Shown: in pieces, positions 21,001-30,029 of the stretch | Layout of the letters: every line of letters begins with the position of its first letter | Numbering within the stretch: the stretch's first letter is position 1 | Assembly (NCBI GenBank): GCA_019058445.1 | Contig: JAHPZA010000006.1 | Span: forward strand, 832,001 to 896,000 | Length of the DNA: 64,000 nt | Origin: Promethearchaeota archaeon | Lineage (GTDB): Archaea > Asgardarchaeota > Lokiarchaeia > Sigyniarchaeales > SOKP01 | Direction: 5' to 3' | Position numbers and translations under genes: made by a program | The notes under the pieces: model-generated | Database searches by the model: none | What the model saw: the letters and a program-made list of their open reading frames with translations, nothing else | Told to the model about the DNA's origin: nothing

Positions 21001-24000
21001 AAAGCTCATACTTTCTTGCCATTGAATCTGCCTCATCAACCATTTTCGCGATTTCGTTCTCAAAATTTTCTTCTTCAATTTCTCTTTGATATTGCTCCTC
21101 TACTGCTTTTAATTTTTCTAAATCTTCTTCTAATTGCTTATCCTCTTTCTGAATCTTTCGAAGTTCTTCAAATTCTTTTTGTTTTTGGGCTTTTTGAGCT
21201 TCAATTTCACGAAGTCTCTTATCATTTTCTAGTTTACCTATATAATAATTCACCTGTTTAGTATAAATATTCGCTTGCTCAGACCAGCCTCTTTCAATTA
21301 ATTTATTCTTTGCTTCTGTGTAAAGATCAATTATCTCTTGATATGGACAGTTTTCTTCGAATTTTCCTAGTCGGATGGCAAATTCATACTTTCTTGCCAT
21401 TTCTTCCGCTTGATCGACCATTTTAGCAATTTCATTTTCAAAATTCGCATCTTCTAATTCTTTTTGATATATTTCTTCTGCTAATTTTAACTTTTCCAAA
21501 TCTGCTTTTATTTGTTTGTCATCTTCTTTTATCTTAATAGAATCCTCATATACTTTTTGTTTTTGAGCTTTTTGAGCTTCTATCTCTCTTAATTTTTTAT
21601 CTTTTTCTAACTTCCCTAAATAGAGATTTATTTGCTTCGCATAAATTAAAGCTTGTTCAGACCAACCTCTTTCAACTAATTTATTCTTCGCATCAGAATA
21701 AATCTCAATTACTTCCTGATAAGGGCATATCACTTCAAACTTTCCTTGTCTAATGGCAAATTCATATTTTCTTACCATTTCTTCAGCTTTATTGACCATA
21801 TTTGTTATCATAGTTTGGAACTTTTCATCTTCAAGTTCCTTTTGATATTGAATTTCTGCGGTTTTTAATTTTTCTTCGTCCTTCTTTAGCATTTTCAACT
21901 CTTGCTTGGATTTAAAAGTTTCTTCAAACTCTTTCTGTTTTTGAGCTTTTTGAGCTTCTATCTCCCTTAATTTTTTATCTTTCTCTAATTTTCCTAGGTA
22001 AAGATTAATTTGTTTAGTATAATTGTTGGCTTGCTCAGACCAGCCTCTTTCAATTAATTTATTTTTTACTTCGGTGTAAATGTCAATTATTTCTTGATAT
22101 GGACAGGTTTCCTCAAAATTCCCTTGTCGTATTGCAAATTCATATCTTCTTGCTATTTCTTCTGCTTTATTAACCAATTCAGTAATCTTCTTTTGAAATA
22201 CATCTTCTTCAAAATCTTTGCGATGTCTTTCCTCAACTTCTTTTAAGTGGTCTAAATTTGTCTTTAATTGTCCATTTTCCGTGCTTGCTTTGATGAGTTC
22301 TTCATATTCCAATTGTTTTTTTAATTTTTGACCCTCAATCTCTCGTAATATTATATCTTTTTCTAATTTTTCTTTTATTAATTTAATCTGGTTACCATAA
22401 ATCATTGCCTCCTCTTTCCAATCTCTCTCCAGTAATTGTTTTCTAATATCTTCATAAATTTCAATTACATTTTGATAGGGAGGCTCTGATTCGAAATTTC
22501 CCTTTTTAATTTCCGCTTCATAATCTCGAATCATTTTTTCTGCTTTAGTAACTTTTCCATCAATCTGGTTCTGAAAAGTTTCATCTTCAGCCTCTTTCTT
22601 AATCCTCTCTTGAGCAAAAAGTATTTTTTTATATTCAGATCTCTTACGTTCTCCTAATTTCATCGCTTCTAAATGTGCCTTTTCTTTCTCGGTCTTGTGA
22701 GCTTCAATTTCTCTTAAGAATTGGTCTTTTTCTAATTTATCGTTAAGTATTTTGATTTGATTCTGATATATTATTGCCTGATCGTTCCAATTACGCTCAA
22801 TTAGCTTTTGTCTGATATCTCTATAAACCTTTATCACATCCTTATAAGGAGGTTCTAGGTTGAAATTTCCTTTCTTTATTTCAAGCTCATAATTTCTAAT
22901 TAATTTCTCTGCTTCAGATATCTGACTTTCTATCTGGTTCTGAAAAATTTCGTCTTCTAACTCTTTTCTTAATTTCTCATCAGCAGCTTTCAATTTTTTA
23001 TGCTTAGACTTTTTACGTTCACTTAATTTCATTGATTCTAAATATTCGGCGTCCTTTTGTTTTTTCTGAGTTTCAATTTCGCGCAATCGCTCATCATGAG
23101 TTTGTTTTTCTCTTAATAGCTTAATTTGATTTGAGTAGATATTTGCTTGCTCATTCCAGTTACGCTCCAATAATTGTTTTTTAATATCTTCATAAACTTC
23201 TATTACTTTTAGATATGGAGGTTCTGATTCGAAATTTCCCTTTTTAATTTGAATCTCATATTCTCTAATCTGATTTTCTGCCCTTGTGACTCGTTCAGTA
23301 ATCTGATCTTGAAATTGTTCATCCTCCATATCTCTCATTAATTTATCTTCTACTGCTTTCATTTTGCCCTCATCGATTTTTCGTTTTTCTCTGAGCTTTA
23401 AAGAGTCTTGATATTCTTTCTCTTTTTCCCTTTTTTGAACCTCAATTTTCCGTAACTTTTCATCTTGTGTGATCTTCTCTTGAACTAGTTTAATCTGATT
23501 TAGATATATATTCGCTTGTTCATTCCAATTATGTTCTAATAATTCCTTTCTAATCTCTCTATAAATCCCCAACACGTTTAGATAAGGAGGTTGTGATTCG
23601 AAATTTCCTTTTTTAATTTGAATCTCATATTCTCTAATCAGATTTTCTGCCTTAGTAACTCGTTCAGTAATCTGATCTTGAAATTTTTCATCCTCCAAGT
23701 CTCTCATTAGTTTATCTTCAACAGCTTTCATTTTGCTCTCATCGATTTTCTTTTCTTTCCTGACTTTTATTGCTTCTTGGTATTCTTTATCTTTTTCTAT
23801 TTTTTGAGCTTCTAATTCTCTTAGCTTCTGGTCGGACACTTGTTTGTCTTTTACTAATTTGATCTGATTTAAATATATATTCGCTTGCTCAATCCAGTTA
23901 CGTTCTAAAAATTGTTTTCTAATATCTTCATATATTTCTAAAACATTTTGATAGGGGGGTTCATTATCAAAATTCCCTTTTTTAATTTGAATCTCATATT

Positions 24001-24880
24001 CTCTAATCAGATTTTCTGCCTCAGTAACTCGTTCAGTAATTTCATCTTGAAATTTTTCATCTTCCATATCTCTCAATAGTTTATCTTCAACTGCTTTCAT
24101 TTTGCCCTCGTCGATTTTCTTTTCCTTCCTGACTTTTATTGCTTCTTGGTATTCTTTATCTTTTTCTATTTTTTGAGCTTCTAATTCCCTTAGCTTCTGG
24201 TCGTTCGCTTGTTTCTCTTTTATTAATTTGATCTGATTTAAATATATATTCGCTTGCTCAATCCAGTTACGTTCTAATAATCTATTTCTAATATCTTCAT
24301 AGATCTCTATTACCTCTTGGAATGGGGGCTCTGATTCGAAATTTCCTTTTTTTATCTCCAATTCATAATTCCGTAAAAGATTTTCCGCGTCAGTTACTTT
24401 TTTATCAATATCTTCTTGTAATTTTTCGTCCTCAAACTCTTTTTTATATTTTTTTTCTACTGCTTTTAGCTTTTCAATATCAATTTCTTCTTGTTTTTTA
24501 ATTTTGAATGAATCTTGATATTCTCTCTCTTTTTCTCTTTTTTGAGCCTCAATATTACGTAACTTGTTATCTTGTGCTTGTTTCTGATTTAAAATTTTGA
24601 TTTGATTTGAATACACATTTGCTTGCTCATTCCATCCTTTTTCAAGCAACTGCTCTCTAATATTAGTATAAATCTCTATTACATTTTGATAAGGTGGGTT
24701 AATATCGAAATTTCCTTTTTTAATTTTCAACTCATATTCTCTGATTAATTTATCCGCTTCTGTAATTTGCTCATCAATTTGTTTCTGAAATTTCTCATCT
24801 TCAAATTGTTTTTTGTATTTATCCTCAACTTTCTTCAGTTTTTTTATTTCAGATTCTTCTTTCTGATTGTCTTCGTCCAT
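18077..24880 (-). CDS. Giant helical repeat protein (14 units of ~123 aa plus C-terminal TPR-like hairpins)
   Basis: Repeating FQ..I...V..AE...R.YE..I..G.F....PY..I.IY...L.E..W..QA.IY..QI motif; E/K-rich linkers. Confidence 0.9.
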   Translation of the reverse strand: MDEDNQKEESEIKKLKKVEDKYKKQFEDEKFQKQIDEQITEADKLIREYELKIKKGNFDINPPYQNVIEIYTNIREQLLEKGWNEQANVYSNQIKILNQKQAQDNKLRNIEAQKREKEREYQDSFKIKKQEEIDIEKLKAVEKKYKKEFEDEKLQEDIDKKVTDAENLLRNYELEIKKGNFESEPPFQEVIEIYEDIRNRLLERNWIEQANIYLNQIKLIKEKQANDQKLRELEAQKIEKDKEYQEAIKVRKEKKIDEGKMKAVEDKLLRDMEDEKFQDEITERVTEAENLIREYEIQIKKGNFDNEPPYQNVLEIYEDIRKQFLERNWIEQANIYLNQIKLVKDKQVSDQKLRELEAQKIEKDKEYQEAIKVRKEKKIDESKMKAVEDKLMRDLEDEKFQDQITERVTKAENLIREYEIQIKKGNFESQPPYLNVLGIYREIRKELLEHNWNEQANIYLNQIKLVQEKITQDEKLRKIEVQKREKEKEYQDSLKLREKRKIDEGKMKAVEDKLMRDMEDEQFQDQITERVTRAENQIREYEIQIKKGNFESEPPYLKVIEVYEDIKKQLLERNWNEQANIYSNQIKLLREKQTHDERLREIETQKKQKDAEYLESMKLSERKKSKHKKLKAADEKLRKELEDEIFQNQIESQISEAEKLIRNYELEIKKGNFNLEPPYKDVIKVYRDIRQKLIERNWNDQAIIYQNQIKILNDKLEKDQFLREIEAHKTEKEKAHLEAMKLGERKRSEYKKILFAQERIKKEAEDETFQNQIDGKVTKAEKMIRDYEAEIKKGNFESEPPYQNVIEIYEDIRKQLLERDWKEEAMIYGNQIKLIKEKLEKDIILREIEGQKLKKQLEYEELIKASTENGQLKTNLDHLKEVEERHRKDFEEDVFQKKITELVNKAEEIARRYEFAIRQGNFEETCPYQEIIDIYTEVKNKLIERGWSEQANNYTKQINLYLGKLEKDKKLREIEAQKAQKQKEFEETFKSKQELKMLKKDEEKLKTAEIQYQKELEDEKFQTMITNMVNKAEEMVRKYEFAIRQGKFEVICPYQEVIEIYSDAKNKLVERGWSEQALIYAKQINLYLGKLEKDKKLREIEAQKAQKQKVYEDSIKIKEDDKQIKADLEKLKLAEEIYQKELEDANFENEIAKMVDQAEEMARKYEFAIRLGKFEENCPYQEIIDLYTEAKNKLIERGWSEQANIYTKQVNYYIGKLENDKRLREIEAQKAQKQKEFEELRKIQKEDKQLEEDLEKLKAVEEQYQREIEEENFENEIAKMVDEADSMARKYELSLRRGKFEESCPYSVIIELYEQVKKKLLEKGWSDEAAIYRRQIQLYQDKYEQDKKLREIERLKLQKQKDFEEQFLIKAEQELEGEAKRIKAVEEKYETLAEEENFQREISSKVDRAEETARKYEFAIRQGKFEEKCPYPEIINIYKDVYQNLKEKGWIDQAFVFNSQIQLYEEKLEKDNKLREFEAQKETKSRELMEYLKTQDSKAIDESKIKILEAKKREKEKFFDDGFSLIDRAEKLVKEYELRLKVEKNILQFESPYEEAIKLYRQARQIFQDNQWDNEANGLINTINYYKDKQEKDEKLRAFEKSKAEREIVRPLAVKSKAERAQREREKKALALEEQKRQQEELSNEAFQIIDNAESMAKRYELDLKDGIFPEPPFEEIIKMYRNARTIFEEIGWEDQAIDLINTINYYKEKMEADKKLRALETKKIEKQKRELEEQQRILKKQREKEMKQLKLKEEALFAKREQEKELESKKFKAFSLMDQARRQLDQDYFDSAIELYEQSQNIISEINWAEGLKMVQESIAVIKRKKKEFELREKAIEEEEAEKRRLEMELEEEITKTKELERLQQELQREEMLKIQKQKEKESQASERAYALLEDGTQLLEKKKFREAYDAYIEAQEIFKELDWIHEVNRINNELLLTLQMEETKQKRLEEYKQKKMQEKQDLENMLLEAEQQRKELETAKIKEKREKLKKLRVSDKLKDRIEENLERANIEIQNGKYNKGVLKLKDIIKMMERVGWDKEIVDVNNQIHVLKNKSHVPLIVLEEPDENENIEKFKSAYIALDKAHVSLLKNRIMKAISELNESVFNLKETKIGIQYIEQIETKIEELREGIEKKRQLKDVSDIEGIEIEEGKPLELSSELAYEYMDKCKKEERRNNFKKAIDLATTAKEIFVKLGPEWSREIMSITRYISTLENKQVAREESFKRKKEELEEKEKTLKEEEEEFKERIAARKEARKRRIRELMEKK
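23220..24350 (-). repeat. Near-identical 369-bp intragenic tandem repeat units
   Basis: e.g. tgacttttattgcttcttggtattctttatc at 23761 and 24130 (offset 369 = 123 codons); boundaries approximate. Confidence 0.85.
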
Positions 24881-25123
24881 TTTTCTCCACTATTAATTGG
24901 CATTTTATAAGAATTATATATTAATATAATAGTTTAGGAATTCTTAAAAATTCCCTATGATTCATGAAATCTATTTTAAAGATATATAAGTTAAATTATC
25001 TTTTAGAAACTAGAGAAAATTTAAAGCATATATAATTTACTTTTATTCGATTTCTTGTTACTTCAATTGAATATCTTTAAATATAAAAATTAAGATCTAT
25101 ATTTCGTTTTTCCAAAAAGGATT

Positions 25124-26866
25124 TTATCTTTGCAATTTATGAGCCTCAATATCCCTTAAAATTTTATCGCGTTCATATTTTTCAGTGTAGACCTGAATTT
25201 GGCTCACATAAATCATTGCTTGGTCCTTCCAACCTTTTTGAAGTAGCATCTCGCGCAATTTTTCATAGATTTCTATAATTTTAAGATAGGGTGCTTCCAA
25301 TTCGAGAAGTTTTTTCTCTCTTATAGCTTTCTTTTTTTTAGCTTCATAATCTCTTTCCATTTTATCAGCTTCTTCAACTAAGGAAGTAATTAAATTTTGA
25401 AATTTTGCCTCTTCAATCTCACCCTTATATTTACTTAAGATTTTCTCATCGAGGTCTTTTAATTTTTCAGCATCATCAGCTTTTAATTTCAAGGAATCTA
25501 TATAGGCTTTTTCTTTTTCTTTTTTTTGAGCTTCAACTGCCCTTAATTTATTATCGTTCTCCAGTTTTGAATTATAAATCCTGATTTGGTTAGTGTAAAT
25601 ATCAACTTGATCCATCCATTCCCTTTCTATTAATTTTTGGCGAATTTCAGTATAAATATCTATTACTTTCTGGTATGGCGGATCCACTTTAAAGTTCCCT
25701 TTCTTTATCTCTAATTCATAATTTCTTACCATTTTTTCAGTGTTTCCTACAGTTTCAGTTATAAAATTTTGGAATTTCTCATCTTCAAACCCTTTTTTTA
25801 GCTTAGCTTCAATGCTCTTAAATCTCTCTTCTCTCTTACTATCTTCTTCTAATTCTCTCGTTACTTTCCCTGTTCTCATTATATCTTGGTATTCTCGATC
25901 TTTTTTAGCTTTCGTGGCTTCTAATTCCCTAATTTTTATATCTTTTGTCAATTTCTCTTTGTATATTTGGATTTGATTTGCATAAATTTTTGCTTGGTCA
26001 ACCCATCCTCTTTCAATAAGCAATTTGCGTGCTTCTTCATACATTATTATTACATCAGGATATACACATTGGTCTTCGAATTGACCATCTTTTAACGCTC
26101 TTAATTTTTGTGATTCATATTCACGAGCCATTTTATTCGCTCTGTTCACCAGATCTGTAATCCTTCTTTGCAGTTCTTCATCCTCAAATTCTTTTTTATA
26201 TCTCTCTTCAACAGATTTTAATCTCTCAATCTCTACCTCTAATGTATCTCCCTCCTGCGCTACCCTTTTTTCCGCAATTTGGTCACTTGGTTGTGTATAA
26301 GCTTTTGAATTTACTGTGAAGTCAACTTCCTCTTGTTCTTTCTTGGGTTCTCGTAGAAATTTAGCTTTAGAAACATAACATTGTTCAATTAATTTATAGA
26401 TATTTTCAGCTTCAGAACTCCGATTATTCTCATTAAGTATTGTTATTGCTTCATCATACTTACTAAGCGCCTCTTCAAATTTATGTGTCTCAACAAGTGC
26501 TTTTGCCACCTCAACTAGTTGTTCTGCTGTCGGAGCAGAGGTCGTCTCAGATATCTTTTGTTCCGGAGCCATTTTAATTATTTCTTTTTCTTGATCTGCT
26601 GAAATTGCTCCTGCTACTGAAACGATTTTATCTTTATCAGTTTCCTTCTTATCATCATCTTTCTTGTTTTCTTTTAAATTATATATTTCTGCAATCTTTT
26701 TTCTTAAAGCATTTACCTCTTCTTCTTTGTTAATTTGCTCATATAATCTTAGAGCTTTTCGCAAGATTTCAATAGAATCATCATATAATTTCAAATCTAA
26801 CAAGGAGATTGCATGTCGTGCTAATTCTAAAGCTTCTTGATTTATTTTTTCTTCCATATTCCTCAT
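25124..26866 (-). CDS. TPR-like protein with three copies of the same ~123-aa repeat
   Basis: Two TPR-like hairpins then REYESQ / RNYELEIKKGNF..PPY / RDYEAK units with W.DQA.IY..QI. Confidence 0.85.
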   Translation of the reverse strand: MRNMEEKINQEALELARHAISLLDLKLYDDSIEILRKALRLYEQINKEEEVNALRKKIAEIYNLKENKKDDDKKETDKDKIVSVAGAISADQEKEIIKMAPEQKISETTSAPTAEQLVEVAKALVETHKFEEALSKYDEAITILNENNRSSEAENIYKLIEQCYVSKAKFLREPKKEQEEVDFTVNSKAYTQPSDQIAEKRVAQEGDTLEVEIERLKSVEERYKKEFEDEELQRRITDLVNRANKMAREYESQKLRALKDGQFEDQCVYPDVIIMYEEARKLLIERGWVDQAKIYANQIQIYKEKLTKDIKIRELEATKAKKDREYQDIMRTGKVTRELEEDSKREERFKSIEAKLKKGFEDEKFQNFITETVGNTEKMVRNYELEIKKGNFKVDPPYQKVIDIYTEIRQKLIEREWMDQVDIYTNQIRIYNSKLENDNKLRAVEAQKKEKEKAYIDSLKLKADDAEKLKDLDEKILSKYKGEIEEAKFQNLITSLVEEADKMERDYEAKKKKAIREKKLLELEAPYLKIIEIYEKLREMLLQKGWKDQAMIYVSQIQVYTEKYERDKILRDIEAHKLQR

Positions 26867-27131
26867 ATTAGATATTATTTGTTCCGAATAGGCAAATAGA
26901 TGACACTAAATTTTTTTTTCCTCAACAATTTATTCCTGATTGATAACCTAATTCAAATAAAATAAGTTATTAATAAAGAGCTATTAAACCTAATTCTATT
27001 CTTCTATTATATTAAATAGTTTTTTAATATTTTAAACTTATTAGTTATGATATAAATTGAAAAGTATAAAAATTTTATAGAAAATCGAAATTATAGTATA
27101 GGAAAACAGGACTAAGATAATTTATATTGAG

Positions 27132-27530
27132 CTAAAGCTCAAAATCCTTGAAGTTTCTATTAAGAACTTCATCACAAATCTGTCCGCCCTCGCTAGTTAA
27201 AATCCATCCAGAGGACTCTTGCGTTATAAGCCCTAAATTCTCAACCTCATTTAAAATTTTTTTAATTTCCGCATCAGTTTTATGAATATTAAAATCAACA
27301 TTTAAACTTAGGATAATATCATCAATTTTAACAGGACCACCAAGTTCATCTTCCATTACTCCGATAGCTGCGATAATTTCTCTTTGTTCTAACATCGTTT
27401 TATCCATTTTTCCAGATACTTCATCAAGAAGCCACGGATGTTTAGCTAACATCTTTTTAATTTTTGATTCGTCTCCAGAACGAAAAATAGCCTCAAATTC
27501 TTCTCTTATTTTCTTTTTTTTCTTCCCCAT
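27132..27530 (-). CDS. Hypothetical protein with C-terminal winged helix
   Basis: IL..VE.LGLI......W.LT.EG wHTH wing signature. Confidence 0.6.
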   Translation of the reverse strand: MGKKKKKIREEFEAIFRSGDESKIKKMLAKHPWLLDEVSGKMDKTMLEQREIIAAIGVMEDELGGPVKIDDIILSLNVDFNIHKTDAEIKKILNEVENLGLITQESSGWILTSEGGQICDEVLNRNFKDFEL

Positions 27531-27695
27531 TGAGGTTACCTTGATTTTTTAGGATTCTCCTAGAATAACTCTTAGTTATTATAATATTTTTTCTTAACAC
27601 TAATAAATCTTAACTTATTAGATTAAATTCAAGTTATTAATTTAGGTGTAATTAATTTTAAAGATTATATAATTAAATGATTTGAAAAAAAGAGC

Positions 27696-28415
27696 TTATA
27701 TTAATTCAGATATGTATTTCCCAACTTCTTCTTTTGAACATAATTTAAACTTTTTATCCTCTGATTTAATATAAGCAATCCTAATATTTTCTTTACTTAA
27801 ATCTTCATCAATAGATTCTTTGAGAGCATTGAGAGCTAAATTTATAATATCACTAAAACTCATATCTTCTTTATAGTTGTTTTGAATATATTCCCTTGCT
27901 TGAGCTTCCCCACTTCCCAATGCATACGCTTTATAAGGTCGATATATTCCACTCGGAGATGTAGTATAAATCTGGGTACCAGTACTATCAACGGCAATAA
28001 AAAACAATGAACATCCAAAAGGCCTAATGCCTCCGTATTGAGTATATATTTGTTTTAAATCCGCAATAGATTTAACCAGCATATTTAACCTAACCGGTTC
28101 ATCATAAGTTAATCGGAAAGATTGTGCTTGGACTCGAGCATAATTTATTAATACTCTTGAATCCGCGTGTAATCCTGAAATTGCCACGCCAATATGCTCG
28201 TCAACCTGAAATATTTTATCTATGGAATCCGGATCCATTAATTTTGAAGGAATTTTAATTTGAGCGGCTAAGCATACGCCTTCCTTAGATCCAATCGCAA
28301 CGGCTAAGGTACCACGTCTTACTGCCTCTAATGCATATTCAACTTGATATAGGCGCCCCTCTGGACTAAAAACTGTAAGGGCCCGATCATATTTAATTTG
28401 TCCACCGCCGAACAT
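27696..28415 (-). CDS. psmA: Proteasome alpha subunit
   Basis: YDRALTVFSPEGRLYQVEYA signature; YTQYGGIRPFG. Confidence 0.96.
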   Translation of the reverse strand: MFGGGQIKYDRALTVFSPEGRLYQVEYALEAVRRGTLAVAIGSKEGVCLAAQIKIPSKLMDPDSIDKIFQVDEHIGVAISGLHADSRVLINYARVQAQSFRLTYDEPVRLNMLVKSIADLKQIYTQYGGIRPFGCSLFFIAVDSTGTQIYTTSPSGIYRPYKAYALGSGEAQAREYIQNNYKEDMSFSDIINLALNALKESIDEDLSKENIRIAYIKSEDKKFKLCSKEEVGKYISELI

Positions 28416-28513
28416 AATTATACATCTAAATGTTTTTTGTTTTAAATAAGTAATTTCTTACTAATTAGAAATTATTACAGAATTTTAATTTATTGATTAT
28501 AAAAAATTATGAT

Positions 28514-29059
28514 TTATATCTTGTTTGATGCTTTTAAAATTGCTAACACTGTGTCTTTGAAGACATCTTCAACTTTTAATCCATCTTTAGCACTTGTTTC
28601 ATAATATGAGAGTGCTTGTAATTCGTTTTTTAAAGATTCACCATCTTGTAACGCTACCTCTCTGTTGCCTGATTCAGCTAAATCTAATTTATTTCCCACT
28701 AAAATGCTGGGTCTTCCCGCTACAACTTTTTCCACTTCAGTTTTCCAATTAAGTAGATTAGAAAATGAACTCCTTCGAGTTAAATCAAACACATATATGA
28801 TCCCTGTAGCACCCCGATAAAAGGGTGGACGAACAAAAGAGAAATGTTTTTGACCCGCTAAATCCCAAATTTGTAACTTGATGTTATATTGAGGAAATTC
28901 AGCTAATTCTACAGATTTAGTAGAGAAATTACTTCCTATTGTCATTATATAATTCTCTTTAAATGAATTCTCAGTATATCTCAATACCATTGAAGTTTTT
29001 CCGACTCCACCATCGCCTACAACGCATATTTTATATATGAAACTTTTCGAGGCAGACAT
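28514..29059 (-). CDS. Rab-like small GTPase (eukaryotic signature protein)
   Basis: G1 GDGGVGKT, G2 YIMTIG, G3 WDLAGQ, FYRGA, G4 NKLD, G5 SAK; no C-terminal prenylation Cys. Confidence 0.93.
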   Translation of the reverse strand: MSASKSFIYKICVVGDGGVGKTSMVLRYTENSFKENYIMTIGSNFSTKSVELAEFPQYNIKLQIWDLAGQKHFSFVRPPFYRGATGIIYVFDLTRRSSFSNLLNWKTEVEKVVAGRPSILVGNKLDLAESGNREVALQDGESLKNELQALSYYETSAKDGLKVEDVFKDTVLAILKASNKI

Positions 29060-29142
29060 GATTATCAGTGAAATATTATGCTCATATTTAAATTATAATA
29101 TATTATTATATCCAATAAATAATAGTATTTTATTTTATATTT

Positions 29143-29937
29143 TTGCAATTATTGGTATTATTTATGAGTTCCCTCGAAGATAAAATTGAAAAATTAAGCC
29201 AACTCATTATTGATTCTAAAAATATTGTAATTTTAACGGGAGCGGGAATGAGTACTGAATCTGGTATTCCAGACTTTAGAAGCCCGGATACTGGCCTATG
29301 GAACAAAGTAGATCCTGAAAAATATGCTACGATACACTCTTACGTCGCAAATCCCGGAAGGAATTTGAAAATGATGCTTGATTTGGGAACGAAGATTTTT
29401 AGGGCAAAACCAAATAAAGGCCATAAAGCTATAACTAAACTCCAAAAAATGGGAAAATTAATAGGAGTTCTTACTCAAAATGTTGATGGTTTGCATCAAA
29501 AGGCTCGTACTCAGAATGTTGTTGAGTTACATGGAACAGTGAATGAAGCTAAATGTATGAGATGTAAGCGTGTTTTTCCTATAACAGAGATGATAAATCA
29601 AGTAATGAAAGGAGCTATGAATCCTTCCTGTGGGATATGTTTTGGATTATTAAAACCAAACGCTATATTTTTTGGAGAACCTTTAGAATCTGAGAAACTT
29701 ATGAAAGCAGATGAAATGATTGCGAAATGTGATCTTTTGATCGTACTAGGAAGTTCCTTATTAGTCTATCCAGTTGCGTTTTATCCTCGCAAAGCGTTAT
29801 CCTTAGGAGCTAAATTAGCTATCATAAATATCCAAGAGACTGATTTAGATGATGATGCAGAAGTCGTAATACACAAAAAAATTGGGGACACATTGCCAAA
29901 AATAATTGAGTTAGTCGAAAAGAGAATTAATGCATGA
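29143..29937 (+). CDS. cobB: NAD-dependent protein deacylase (sirtuin)
   Basis: GAGMSTESGIPDFRS, TQNVDGLH, ELHG, CMRC/CGIC, GSSLLVYP; likely start MSSLED at 29164. Confidence 0.93.
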   Translation: MQLLVLFMSSLEDKIEKLSQLIIDSKNIVILTGAGMSTESGIPDFRSPDTGLWNKVDPEKYATIHSYVANPGRNLKMMLDLGTKIFRAKPNKGHKAITKLQKMGKLIGVLTQNVDGLHQKARTQNVVELHGTVNEAKCMRCKRVFPITEMINQVMKGAMNPSCGICFGLLKPNAIFFGEPLESEKLMKADEMIAKCDLLIVLGSSLLVYPVAFYPRKALSLGAKLAIINIQETDLDDDAEVVIHKKIGDTLPKIIELVEKRINA

Positions 29938-30029
29938 TTTAATTCCTTAGAGGACCTTAATATTGAAAAAAAAAATTTAATTTTATTGAGAGTTAAAAAA
30001 TTTTTTTAATTTTGATTATTATTCTCCAG

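Noticed and set aside
18090-21261. Plus-strand ORFs inside the giant repeat gene, and similar antisense ORFs elsewhere (e.g. 2866, 8590, 13595, 35856, 46528, 52897)
   Set aside because: Ser/Phe/Leu-rich shadows of real genes on the opposite strand, with no motifs.
20500-24800. CRISPR array or non-coding tandem repeat
   Set aside because: The period is ~369 bp and in frame; these are protein repeats with no unique spacers.
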